NCBI GenBank assembly: GCA_041685645.1
Contig: JAWLFI010000001.1
Coordinates: 1-41,834, forward strand
Direction of reading: 5' to 3'
DNA from: Saprospiraceae bacterium
GTDB lineage: Bacteria; Bacteroidota; Bacteroidia; Chitinophagales; Saprospiraceae
DNA: 41,834 nucleotides
The notes beneath the pieces are model-generated. The model saw only the letters and a list, made by a program, of their open reading frames with translations. It was not told the origin of the DNA and did not search any database. A program made the translations under genes and the position numbers. Below, in pieces: positions 1 through 10,275 of the stretch (positions are counted from its first letter, which is position 1; every line of letters starts with the position of its first letter).

Positions 1-2
1 TA

Positions 3-965
3 CCCGTGATTCTTACGATTGCGCTGATTGGCTATATGGAATCCATCGCTGTGGCAAAAAATATAGCCAGCAGGGAAGGCTATAAAGTCAACGCCAATAG
101 TGAACTCCTGGGTTTGGGACTGGCCAATATTGTAGGCGCCTTTTTCCAGGCCTACCCCACTACAGGGGGCCTATCCAGGACCGCTGTGAACTACCAGGCC
201 GGAGCCAAAACCATATTGGCCTCCTTATTTACCGTGGTGCTCATCGTAATTACCGTGTTGTTTTTTACACCGGTATTTTACTATTTGCCCATGACTATTC
301 TCGCTTCCATTGTCATGTTGGCCGTGGCCTCTCTCTTTGATTTTAAAGAAATGAAGCACTTGTGGTATACTGACCGAAAAGATTTTGCCCTGCTCATGTT
401 CACCTTTATGGTCACCCTTTTCGTGGGCATCAAGGAAGGCATTATTGCCGGTGTGTTGATATCTTTATTAGTCATCATTTACAAGATCGCCAAGCCCCAC
501 TCCACTGAACTGGGTCGCCTGGGCGATACGCAGGTTTTTCGGAATATTGGTCGGTATCCCAAAGCACAAGTCGATGACAGATTCTTGTTGATCCGCTTCG
601 ATGCCCCGCTGTATTTTGCCAATGTGGAGGCCTTTGAGGAAGCCATTCACAGCCGCTTAGACCAACGCGACACACCTCCCGAACTTTTGGTATTAGACGC
701 CTCGTCCATCAATATGATCGATTCCACCGGTGTACTCACCCTACAGGAAATGATGGAGTATCTGAATGAGCGGGATATTAAATTCTATTTAGTAGGCGCG
801 ATTGGACCCCTCCGCGATAAATTGAATCGAGCGGGTCTACTCTCCGAGGATAAGGAATGGAGTCACTTTTTCGACATGCAAGATGCTATTACCTACTTTG
901 AGAAGCAAGATTGTATCGATGAAGAGACCTCCTTTTCTCCACGTCAATTTTATAATATTAAATAG
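3..965 (+). CDS. SulP-family anion permease, C-terminal part (last TM helices plus STAS domain); 5' end cut by the window edge
   Basis: The ORF is open from the window start. It carries SulP-like TM segments (ANIVGAFFQAYPTTGGLSRTAVN) followed by a STAS-like tail (LLIRFDAPLYFANV...LVLDASSINMIDSTGV). Stop TAG at 963-965. Confidence 0.85.
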   Translation, partial: PVILTIALIGYMESIAVAKNIASREGYKVNANSELLGLGLANIVGAFFQAYPTTGGLSRTAVNYQAGAKTILASLFTVVLIVITVLFFTPVFYYLPMTILASIVMLAVASLFDFKEMKHLWYTDRKDFALLMFTFMVTLFVGIKEGIIAGVLISLLVIIYKIAKPHSTELGRLGDTQVFRNIGRYPKAQVDDRFLLIRFDAPLYFANVEAFEEAIHSRLDQRDTPPELLVLDASSINMIDSTGVLTLQEMMEYLNERDIKFYLVGAIGPLRDKLNRAGLLSEDKEWSHFFDMQDAITYFEKQDCIDEETSFSPRQFYNIK

Positions 966-1160
966 GGCGTATCCCCGTCCTCGAGAGCGCCTCGCGCTCC
1001 TCGGAACGGGGTCGCTATGCTTCGCAGCTCGCTATTCGCTCGGCCTTTGGCCGGGCTTCGCCGCCGGCCGGCAGTCTCCTTCGTTCGCCCATAAGTGGGC
1101 TCCCTCAGGCCTGCTGCGCAGCGCTTACGCAAGCGATCCGGGTTTCTGTGACACTCGGAA
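965..1160. repeat. GC-rich intergenic repeat, family 1, copy a
   Basis: It starts at the SulP stop codon with GGGCGTATCCCC. It contains an imperfect long hairpin, a 17-nt core GGGGTCGCTATGCTTCG (1008-1024) and a 3' motif GCAGCGCTTACGCAA (1118-1132). All three landmarks recur at 20343-20530. It is clearly more GC-rich than its flanks. Confidence 0.7.
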
Positions 1161-1402
1161 ACGAATTGGGGGTGATAGGAGATGTACACATTCTATTTAA
1201 GGTAGATCTACGGAATGGTGTTCACATTCTTACCCCTATAGGCACAAGCGTCAATCTGCTATATTGTGTGCATCCGGTCTCCTGAAAACAAGGACAAAAT
1301 GGAGTTTAGATGAAAAAGCTGAATGGCATCAGGAAAGGTACAGGAACCGCTCCAATTAGAGCCTCCTTGTGGCGACATCTTTGAAGTAGAATAGTGCAAA
1401 GT

Positions 1403-1431
1403 AAAAAAAAGGCCGCCCTACGGACGACCTT
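1403..1431 (-). terminator. Rho-independent terminator of katG
   Basis: The minus strand reads AGGTCGTCC-GTA-GGGCGGCCT (9-bp stem with two G-U pairs) followed by T8. It lies about 35 nt downstream of the katG stop. Confidence 0.7.
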
Positions 1432-1463
1432 TTGCTCAAATGCTATTGTTATAAAACAACTCA

Positions 1464-3713
<2,250 letters not shown>

Positions 3714-3921
3714 TTAGATTTAGTCTATGTTTGTAATGGCTAAAATACCAAAAAAATTATGGATTTCCCATGGAAAATTTAGCATTGACCTCTGAATTCG
3801 ATTATTTGCGAACTGAATGCATAGGTGATTTCTGATTTTACCTATTTCTTTGGGCTTAGCTGAGCAAGATAATATCCATAGTGTTGAAAAATAGACTTCA
3901 ATTTGCTTGTTTGGTTTGTTC

Positions 3922-4056
3922 GGACGACTGGAGATAGATCGGACGAGTGAAGCCATTCATTCAGTGGATGTCGACGGGCTACCTTCCGGCACCTATATTT
4001 TGGAAGGTTCAGACCGGGAGGGACGGATGCGTCGGGGTAAATTTATTGTGCAGTAG
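3922..4056 (+). pseudogene. Orphan remnant of a T9SS (Por) C-terminal sorting domain
   Basis: This frame reads ...GRLEIDRTSEAIHSVDVDGLPSGTYILEGSDREGRMRRGKFIVQ*, which has the typical end of a T9SS CTD (LPSGxYIL ... KFIV). An in-frame TAG lies at 3892-3894 and there is no start codon or upstream body. It is followed by a repeat-filled gap. Confidence 0.55.
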
Positions 4057-4249
4057 AGGATTATAGACTTGGTTCAGGATAGAACTCAGTTTTTAGTCAT
4101 TTAATCGGTAGTTGAAAAGTTGTTGGGATAATCATATTCGTGCGGTGAGAAAGTAGTTGCGCTGATCTCATGGTGTTGATCAGATTATGTTCCTTGAGGG
4201 GAATGGGCAAGGAAGCTCTATTAGGATGTACTTCTAATTTCGGCTGAAG

Positions 4250-4860
4250 TTTTTTTTACCGCAAAGACGCAGAGTTCGCAGAGTTGATCTGATGTATAGG
4301 ATTGAAATTATGCGCCCTTTGTAAGACTTTCTCCTTCATCGACCGACGAATCTGCGAAGCGAAGGCGGATGAACTTTATCCTTGAATTTATTTCACGCAA
4401 AGCCGCGAAGGCTCGAAGCGCTTATTTCGCGGCGAATAGCGATACATTCACGGGAGTTACTTTTTCCATTATCCTTTTTCCTTTCTCCTTGAAATTATAT
4501 CACGCAAAGGCGCGAAGGCGCAAAGCACTTATTTTGCGGCTAATGGCTATACATTCAGGGGAGTTACTTTTTCCATTATCCTTTTTCCTTTCTCCTTGAA
4601 ATTATATCACGCAAAGCCGCGAAGACGCAAAGCGAAATTTATGTACTTTAAGATGCATATGCCATCTGCTCCTTCACCCTTCATCGACCGACGGAGCTGC
4701 GAAGCGAAGGCGGATGAACTTTATCCTTGATTTTATTTCACGCAAAGCCGCGAAGACGCAAAGCGAAATTTAAGTACTTTAAGATGCATCTGCCTACTTT
4801 TTCCGTCTTCGATCGACCTTTCTCCTTGATTTCATTTCACGGCAATGCACAAATGCACAC
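4250..4860. repeat. Composite tandem/interspersed repeat block built around CACGCAAAG(C/G)CGCGAAG(G/A)CGCAAAGC
   Basis: The core TTTCTCCTTGA..T(A/T)TCACGCAAAGSCGCGAAGRCGCAAAGC occurs about 5 times. There is a ~108-bp near-perfect tandem duplication (about 4444-4551 and 4552-4640). The module CATCGACCGACGRAKCTGCGAAGCGAAGGCGGATGAACTTTATCCTTGA appears twice (about 4337-4385 and 4681-4729). The module GCGAAATTTAWGTACTTTAAGATGCAT also appears twice (about 4632-4658 and 4762-4788). Confidence 0.8.
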
Positions 4861-4899
4861 CTGCGGTCATACATGTATAATTATTGTCTTGAGCTGCGT

Positions 4900-5045
4900 T
4901 TGCGTCAGGGATAGTAGGTGCACGAACCGGCGAGAGCCGGTGAAGTGGCCCGACTTCAGGAGGGCCGGCTGAGCACCGCATAGCCCGACCTCTCCCCGAG
5001 GCAATGCCAGGGGCAGTGCCCGGGGAGAGGTGACGCCCAAAAAAT
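4900..5045. repeat. GC-rich hairpin-module repeat, family 2, copy a
   Basis: Hairpins CCGGC-GAGA-GCCGG (4927-4940) and CTCTCCCCG...CGGGGAGAG (4990-4998 / 5021-5029), followed by GTGACGCCCAAAAAATTAAAAT. The same module types and the CCCAAA..TTAAAAT end recur at 20700-20850. Confidence 0.65.
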
Positions 5046-5110
5046 TAAAATCATAAAAAGGGAGATCAGAGGGAGTTGCAATAAATTGTGGATGTTGCTA
5101 TATTGTGGGC

Positions 5111-6700
5111 ATGAAATATATAGTAGGACTCGTTGGGCTATTGATGCTTTCCGCTGCGGTGGAGGCTCAGAAAAATGTGGGGATAACATGGGGAGGAGCG
5201 CTGGACTCCTTGCAGGCGGAGGTGGAGATTTTGAGATATGATTTAGATCTGGTATTGGATTTAGAGGAGGAAAGTATAGGAGGCAAAGTGGGGATCCGGT
5301 ATCGGATGCCAGAGGGACAGACGACCTTGCGATTGGATTTACTTCAGGGGTTCGAGGTGAGTAAGGTATATGATGCGGATGGAGAGCTGGAGTTTTCGCA
5401 TGTAGAGGACTTTTTGGATATTACAGCGCATGGTGGAGAGCAGGAGGTCTTCATAGAGTATAGTGGGACGCCAATGGTCGCTGCCCGGCCTCCCTGGAGT
5501 GGTGGATTCACCTGGTCGGAGGATAGTGAGGGTCGGCATTGGCAGGGATTATCATCACAAAATGCCGGCGGGAAAATATTCATGCCTTGTCTGAATCATC
5601 CTTCGAGTCGGGCGGCGGAGGGGGTGCGACTAGCGATTACAGTGCCTGAGCCCTATGTTGTAGCGGCCAATGGTCGCTTGGAAGGAGTGGAAGAGGATGG
5701 CAACTTATTGACCTATCACTGGGTCACGGACTATCCGATCAGCAATTATAATATCAACTTCACCACGGGTTATTTTGAGAGAAGCGAACGACCATTTATC
5801 TCTGTGTCGGGGGATACTGTGCCTATGGTGGTGTATTTATTAGAGGAGGATGCCGATCGCGCCGAGGGGCTTATGGATGTATTAGGTCAGGCGGCAGCTA
5901 CACATGAGTCTTATTTTGGCCCTTATCCATTTCCAGAGGATAAATTAGCTGTGGTTCAGACACCGTATTTGGGAATGGAGCATCAAACGATCAACGCTTA
6001 CGGAAATAAATTTCGCTTTGATACGGTGGACGATGTGATATTTGACTGGTTGCTGCATCACGAATTGGGGCACGAGTGGTGGGGGAATAAATTGTCGGTA
6101 GCGGATTGGGCTGATTTTTGGCTACACGAGGGCTTTTGTACCTATGGCGATTGGCTGGCTCGCGAGGCCTATGTGGACAAGGAGAAATACTTGAACTACG
6201 CCAAAAGCAGAAGGTTGGGGATTCTTTTTCTAAAACCCCTCGTTCCGGAGCGTCCGGCTTCAGCACATGAGGCGTATCATAGAGAGGTCTATACCAAAGG
6301 AGCTTTTGTGCTTCACAGTCTCCGGTGGATTCTGGGAGACGAAACGTTTTTTGATTTATTGAGAGATATTGCCGGGGCTTCTCGGTTTTCCTATGAGAAC
6401 CAATGGTCAACTGCTGATTTTATGGAGATGGTTTCCGAATACACTGACCGCGATCTGGATGACTTTTTTGAGGTTATGCTTTTCGGTACGGAGCCTTTGG
6501 AAATGACCTTGACCGAATGGAGCGATGAGGTGTACTCGCTTCAGTTCGATAATATTGACAACACATTGCCGGTAGAAGTTCAGGTCGGCGATGAGGTGAA
6601 AGTCCTGGAGGTGGGCTCGAAGTCCATTTTTATTTCTACTCCTAAGCCACCTGTGATTGATCCCAATGGCTGGCTACTGACTAAGGTCAAAAAGTCATAA
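5111..6700 (+). CDS. M1-family zinc metallopeptidase (aminopeptidase N-like), secreted
   Basis: HELGHEWWGN (HExxH) is followed by WLHEGFCTY (third zinc-ligand Glu). N-terminal signal peptide MKYIVGLVGLLMLSAAVEAQ. I prefer ATG 5111 over the GTG at 5105 given in the ORF track. Confidence 0.9.
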   Translation: MKYIVGLVGLLMLSAAVEAQKNVGITWGGALDSLQAEVEILRYDLDLVLDLEEESIGGKVGIRYRMPEGQTTLRLDLLQGFEVSKVYDADGELEFSHVEDFLDITAHGGEQEVFIEYSGTPMVAARPPWSGGFTWSEDSEGRHWQGLSSQNAGGKIFMPCLNHPSSRAAEGVRLAITVPEPYVVAANGRLEGVEEDGNLLTYHWVTDYPISNYNINFTTGYFERSERPFISVSGDTVPMVVYLLEEDADRAEGLMDVLGQAAATHESYFGPYPFPEDKLAVVQTPYLGMEHQTINAYGNKFRFDTVDDVIFDWLLHHELGHEWWGNKLSVADWADFWLHEGFCTYGDWLAREAYVDKEKYLNYAKSRRLGILFLKPLVPERPASAHEAYHREVYTKGAFVLHSLRWILGDETFFDLLRDIAGASRFSYENQWSTADFMEMVSEYTDRDLDDFFEVMLFGTEPLEMTLTEWSDEVYSLQFDNIDNTLPVEVQVGDEVKVLEVGSKSIFISTPKPPVIDPNGWLLTKVKKS

Positions 6701-6881
6701 ATCCAATATTGAGTCCGCTCCAATAACCCCGTCTATTCCGAATGGCTGGGAAACCCAATGTCTTGGTTGTCGGATAAAATCTTTTCTCAAGGTTGCTATG
6801 GCTTCGCCTGCGAAATATTTCATTCAACGCCTTGATCTTGCATTTTTCGTTCTCTCATGACGAGGACGTTTTCGGAGCAGA

Positions 6882-6946
6882 CCCAATGTTAAGTTTTAGC
6901 TTCCGGGGAACTCGATCTGCCTTTCCAATGTTAACCCAATGTTAAC
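6882..6946. repeat. Short direct repeats CCAATGTTAA(C/G) upstream of the 6994 gene
   Basis: CCAATGTTAAC is repeated back-to-back at 6925-6935 and 6936-6946. CCAATGTTAAG occurs at 6883-6893, and a partial CCCAATGT at 6754-6761. Confidence 0.6.
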
Positions 6947-6993
6947 TCAATTAAATTTGTGTTATATTTGTAGAGAAGGAAAAAGAGAAACAC

Positions 6994-7491
6994 ATGAAAA
7001 ATAATAAGTTAAAAATCAGTTCCCACATGAGAAATGCATGGGTTTACATTCCCATTGCATTGGTGAGTTTATGGTATATCGCGGGTTTGATCCAACAATT
7101 ATTTTTGAGTAGCGGGGCAGGGGTGAATTGGATAGAGTTTCTTCTCATCGGTGCGATTCTAGCGGCGATCGTTTGGTATATCCTCCATTTGAGAATGGAT
7201 ATTAAAGTGACACCCAAAAGCATTAAAGTAAAGAGCAATCAATGGCTGGGTCGTCGGGTAAAAATCAAGTGGAATAAAGTCAAGGAAATTGAGCCCTTTC
7301 ATATTCCCGAGTCCTTAATGTGGACGGGATACAGTATTAATTTTGACCATTCCGTCAATCAATTTCGCCTCGGGGATAACAAAGGGGTGAAAATTGAGCT
7401 GAATTCGGGCGAAACTTATCTAATCTATTCTGACGATCTGTACGAATCAAGTGATCTCTTGCAATCTCGAGTGAGAAAGGCCAATGCGTAA
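6994..7491 (+). CDS. Hypothetical small membrane protein (two N-terminal TM helices plus a soluble, possibly bacterial-PH-like, domain)
   Basis: 165-aa ORF. Hydrophobic helices are WVYIPIALVSLWYIAGLIQQLF and IEFLLIGAILAAIVWYILHL. No catalytic motif recognised. Confidence 0.6.
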   Translation: MKNNKLKISSHMRNAWVYIPIALVSLWYIAGLIQQLFLSSGAGVNWIEFLLIGAILAAIVWYILHLRMDIKVTPKSIKVKSNQWLGRRVKIKWNKVKEIEPFHIPESLMWTGYSINFDHSVNQFRLGDNKGVKIELNSGETYLIYSDDLYESSDLLQSRVRKANA

Positions 7492-7498
7492 AGCTGTT

Positions 7499-7512
7499 TT
7501 TGACGCAAATCA
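7499..7512. promoter_or_regulatory. Candidate FNR/FixK-type box TTGACgcaaATCAC upstream of ccoI
   Basis: It matches 8 of the 10 defined positions of TTGAT-N4-ATCAA. It lies about 50 bp upstream of the -7-like box at 7558-7565. Confidence 0.3.
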
Positions 7513-7557
7513 CCTGACCTCATGATGCCACTCATTGGCTAGGAAAGCTGTGCTTTT

Positions 7558-7565
7558 TACTTTTG
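7558..7565 (+). promoter_or_regulatory. Bacteroidota-type -7 promoter element TACTTTTG (TAnnTTTG)
   Basis: A perfect TAnnTTTG lies 20 nt upstream of the ccoI ATG. Confidence 0.4.
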
Positions 7566-7584
7566 CAGGTATGAAAAATCATTC

Positions 7585-9966
7585 ATGAAAGTGAGAGTTG
7601 AAGAGCAAAGGGAGTGCACGCACTGCGGGCAAAGTTGCATTGATGAAACTATAGTTGACGGCGATGATTTCTTTTGTTGTTCCGGTTGTTTTTCCGTTCA
7701 TCGATTATTGGAGGAGCACGAGACGCACAAAAGAGAAGAAAACTACAATATTGAAGGCCCCGTTCTGGAGGACTACGCCTATTTGGAAGAAGAGGATGTC
7801 ATTGAGGCATTGACATCCCATCGCGAAGGCCGGTGGGCGGTGGTTGATTTTTACATTCCCAATATTCACTGTTCATCCTGTATTTACTTATTGGAAAATA
7901 TCATGCGACTACACAGTGGAATCACCTCCTGTCGAGTTGATTTTTTAGAAAAACAAGCCACATTCACTTATGATGAGGAGGTGATTTCTCTGCGCCAATT
8001 GGTGGAATTGTTGATCGCAATTGATTACCCGCCCCGACTTCAGTACGAGCAATTAGAATCTAAGGATAGACCGACATGGGATAAATCTCTGCTCTTGAAA
8101 ATGGGCGTGGCCGGTTTTTGCTTTGGTAATATTATGCTATTGAGCTTTCCGGATTACATCGGACATGTCGAGTCGAATTATGCTTATTGGTTCGGATGGA
8201 TTAGTATTGTTTTTGCGATTCCGGTTGTATTTTACAGCGCCTGGGATTACCTCAAGTCCGCAACTCTGAGTTTGCGTTCGGGGCGCTTGAATATCGATGT
8301 ACCGGTCACTCTGGGGATTATGACCTTACTTTTGCGAAGTATTTATGAGATTGTGAGTGGAATGGGTGCGGGCTATCTCGACAGTCTTTCCGGCTTTGTA
8401 TTTTTTTTATTGATCGGCCGATGGTTTCAGAACATTACCTACCGCTCCATGTCTTTTGACCGGGATTACAAGTCTTATTTTCCCATTGCAGTCATGAAGG
8501 CGCAAGGCTCGGGTTGGTTATCCACCTCAATTCGAAATGTATCCATCGGGGATCGATTATTGATTCGACCGGGCGAATTGATTCCCGCTGACGGTCGATT
8601 GCTGCGAGGGGAAGGTAGGATCGACTACAGCTTTGTGACTGGAGAGGCTCAGGCCATCCGTAAAGGACTTGAAGAAAAGATTTTGGCCGGAGGGAGACAG
8701 CGTGGGGACTCTATTGAGATGGAGGTCACCGAAAAGGTAGATCAAAGTTACCTCACGCGGTTGTGGGATCAGGATCCCTTTCATATTCCCAGGCAAAATC
8801 GCTTACAAGTTCTGCTCGATCAGATTGGGAAATACTTTACCTTGGGCATTTTGCTCATTGCGGGCTTGACCCTTTTTTATTGGTGGCCCCGTGATCTTAC
8901 CGTGGGCATTATGTCAGCCACAGCGGTACTCATCATTGCTTGCCCCTGCGCGATAGCTTTGGCGACGCCCTTCACCTATGGGAATATCGTTCGAATATTG
9001 GGGCGCCGGGGATTGTTTTTGAGAAATGTCCAGACGCTCACCCAACTGCAAGATATCACACAAGTAGTTTTTGATAAGACGGGCACTTTAACGGATCCCG
9101 AGAGCCGACAGATTGATTATCAGGGGCAAAAACTATCCCATGCTCAACAGCAGGCATTGGCACTGTTGACACTGCAGTCCTCTCATCCGATGAGTCGGAG
9201 TTTACATCAACACTTACCCGAAGCCCGTAAAGATATGGATTGTAAGGATTTTCAAGAGATTCCCGGTAGCGGATTGATCGGGCGCTGTGGTGATTTTGAG
9301 CTCAAAATTGGTTCTGCAAAGTACGTATTGGGTGCCACTGCGCAAGAGAGCGGTGTTTGGGTAGAAATAGATGGTAAATACCAGGGCGTTTATCGCTTTC
9401 AGCCTACCCTTCGCCCGGGAACGAAGGAAACCATCGAAGCCCTGGCAAAAAAGTACCCATTGCGCATTCTCTCAGGTGATGGGCCTCAGGAGCGCAGTCG
9501 GATGGAAAGGATTTTTCCCGCTGCTGCGACCTTCCACTTTCACCAAAGTCCGGCTGATAAATTACAGCATATTCGAGCTTTACAGGACAGTGGGGAAAAG
9601 GTATTATTTATCGGTGATGGACTCAACGATGCCGGTGCGCTTCGTCAGGCCGATGTGGGAGTAGTGATTTCAGATTCCGCCCAGCAATTCTCTCCATCGA
9701 GTGATGCTATTCTGGATGCAAAGCAATGGGCTGGTTTCTCTCAATTCCTTGGATTTGTCATGCAGAGCAGAAAGCTGTTATACGGCGCTTTTGTTTTTGC
9801 GGCCCTCTACAATACGATCGGCTTATTTTTTGCTGTCCAGGGTCTTTTATCCCCTGTGGTTGCAGCTATATTGATGCCGCTGAGTTCAATCAGTGTCATT
9901 GTTTTGGGCTTTCTGGGTGCCTACCTCATGGCTTATCGAAGAGGGTGGTCGCTATCTTCTTCGTGA
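7585..9966 (+). CDS. ccoI: Copper-translocating P1B-type ATPase of the cbb3 assembly pathway (CcoI/FixI)
   Basis: DKTGTLT phosphorylation motif, CPC in IIACPCAIALATP, GDGLNDAGAL hinge, an N-terminal Cys-rich domain (CTHCGQSC...FCCSGC) and an HMA-like HCSSC. It sits at the head of the cco cluster. Confidence 0.92.
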   Translation: MKVRVEEQRECTHCGQSCIDETIVDGDDFFCCSGCFSVHRLLEEHETHKREENYNIEGPVLEDYAYLEEEDVIEALTSHREGRWAVVDFYIPNIHCSSCIYLLENIMRLHSGITSCRVDFLEKQATFTYDEEVISLRQLVELLIAIDYPPRLQYEQLESKDRPTWDKSLLLKMGVAGFCFGNIMLLSFPDYIGHVESNYAYWFGWISIVFAIPVVFYSAWDYLKSATLSLRSGRLNIDVPVTLGIMTLLLRSIYEIVSGMGAGYLDSLSGFVFFLLIGRWFQNITYRSMSFDRDYKSYFPIAVMKAQGSGWLSTSIRNVSIGDRLLIRPGELIPADGRLLRGEGRIDYSFVTGEAQAIRKGLEEKILAGGRQRGDSIEMEVTEKVDQSYLTRLWDQDPFHIPRQNRLQVLLDQIGKYFTLGILLIAGLTLFYWWPRDLTVGIMSATAVLIIACPCAIALATPFTYGNIVRILGRRGLFLRNVQTLTQLQDITQVVFDKTGTLTDPESRQIDYQGQKLSHAQQQALALLTLQSSHPMSRSLHQHLPEARKDMDCKDFQEIPGSGLIGRCGDFELKIGSAKYVLGATAQESGVWVEIDGKYQGVYRFQPTLRPGTKETIEALAKKYPLRILSGDGPQERSRMERIFPAAATFHFHQSPADKLQHIRALQDSGEKVLFIGDGLNDAGALRQADVGVVISDSAQQFSPSSDAILDAKQWAGFSQFLGFVMQSRKLLYGAFVFAALYNTIGLFFAVQGLLSPVVAAILMPLSSISVIVLGFLGAYLMAYRRGWSLSSS

Positions 9967-10110
9967 ATCCCCCCTTTTTTGTTTAAAAACTGAGGAGAAT
10001 CATACCTCAATATGACATTCATCATACAATGATTGCAGATGCCATTTTATCTTGCAAACGATTACAATAGTGCGTTTGACCACCTCAGTGGAGAGCGAAA
10101 AGTATTTGTT

Positions 10111-10269
10111 ATGGAAGTCATTTTTTTACTCATTGGATTAGGGATATTAGTAGCGGGCGGCTTTTTAGTGGCCTTTATTTGGGCCATGCGATCCGGTCAG
10201 TACGACGACGACTATACGCCATCGGTTCGCATCCTTTGGGATGATTCAAAGAAAAAGTCAAAGAAATAA
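10111..10269 (+). CDS. ccoS: cbb3 oxidase maturation protein CcoS/FixS
   Basis: MEVIFLLIGLGILVAGGFLVAFIWAMRSGQYDD is the classic CcoS single TM helix plus the SGQ(Y/F)DD motif. The upstream 26 codons of the tracked ORF (from 10033) do not look like coding sequence. Confidence 0.85.
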   Translation: MEVIFLLIGLGILVAGGFLVAFIWAMRSGQYDDDYTPSVRILWDDSKKKSKK

Positions 10270-10275
10270 TACGTT

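Noticed and set aside
883-1200. The ORFs at 883-1200 (+) and 950-1189 (-), rich in Arg/Ala/Gly/Pro.
   Set aside because: They lie entirely within GC-rich repeat family 1 and overlap each other on opposite strands. Their composition is what any GC-rich palindromic DNA yields.
3826-3837. TGATTTCTGATT upstream of katG, which shares the 8-mer TGATTTCT with the tandem boxes at 17990-18026.
   Set aside because: The right half-site is GATT rather than ATCA, so there is no palindrome. It is probably a chance half-site.
3720-3956. A 78-aa minus-strand ORF upstream of katG.
   Set aside because: It covers the AT-rich katG promoter region and overlaps the T9SS-tail remnant on the other strand. It has no recognisable features, so it is probably not coding.
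4250-4860. A possible CRISPR array, given the regularly recurring ~25-30 nt motif.
   Set aside because: The sequences between motif copies are themselves repeated, in ~108-bp tandem units and paired modules, rather than being unique spacers. The repeat spacing is irregular, and no cas genes or leader are present.
4369-4972. The ORFs at 4369-4599 (+) and 4727-4972 (+), reading ...HAKARRRKA...
   Set aside because: They are translations of the tandem repeat block. The apparent similarity between them is just the DNA repeat. There is no plausible protein features or start context.
5991-6410. A 139-aa minus-strand ORF. The same applies to other internal antisense ORFs, such as 16400-16744, 37745-38161, 10881-11219 and 22228-22527.
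   Set aside because: Each lies inside, and antisense to or out of frame with, a long ORF that has strong family motifs.
10012-10025. ATGAcattcaTCAT upstream of ccoS, considered as another FNR/FixK box.
   Set aside because: Only the inner TGA/TCA triplets match and both outer positions are wrong. It is too weak to call without binding data.
10033-10110. The N-terminal 26-codon extension of the ccoS ORF in the track.
   Set aside because: CcoS proteins are about 50 aa and begin at the TM helix. The ATG at 10111 gives exactly that. The extension has no CcoS-like sequence.
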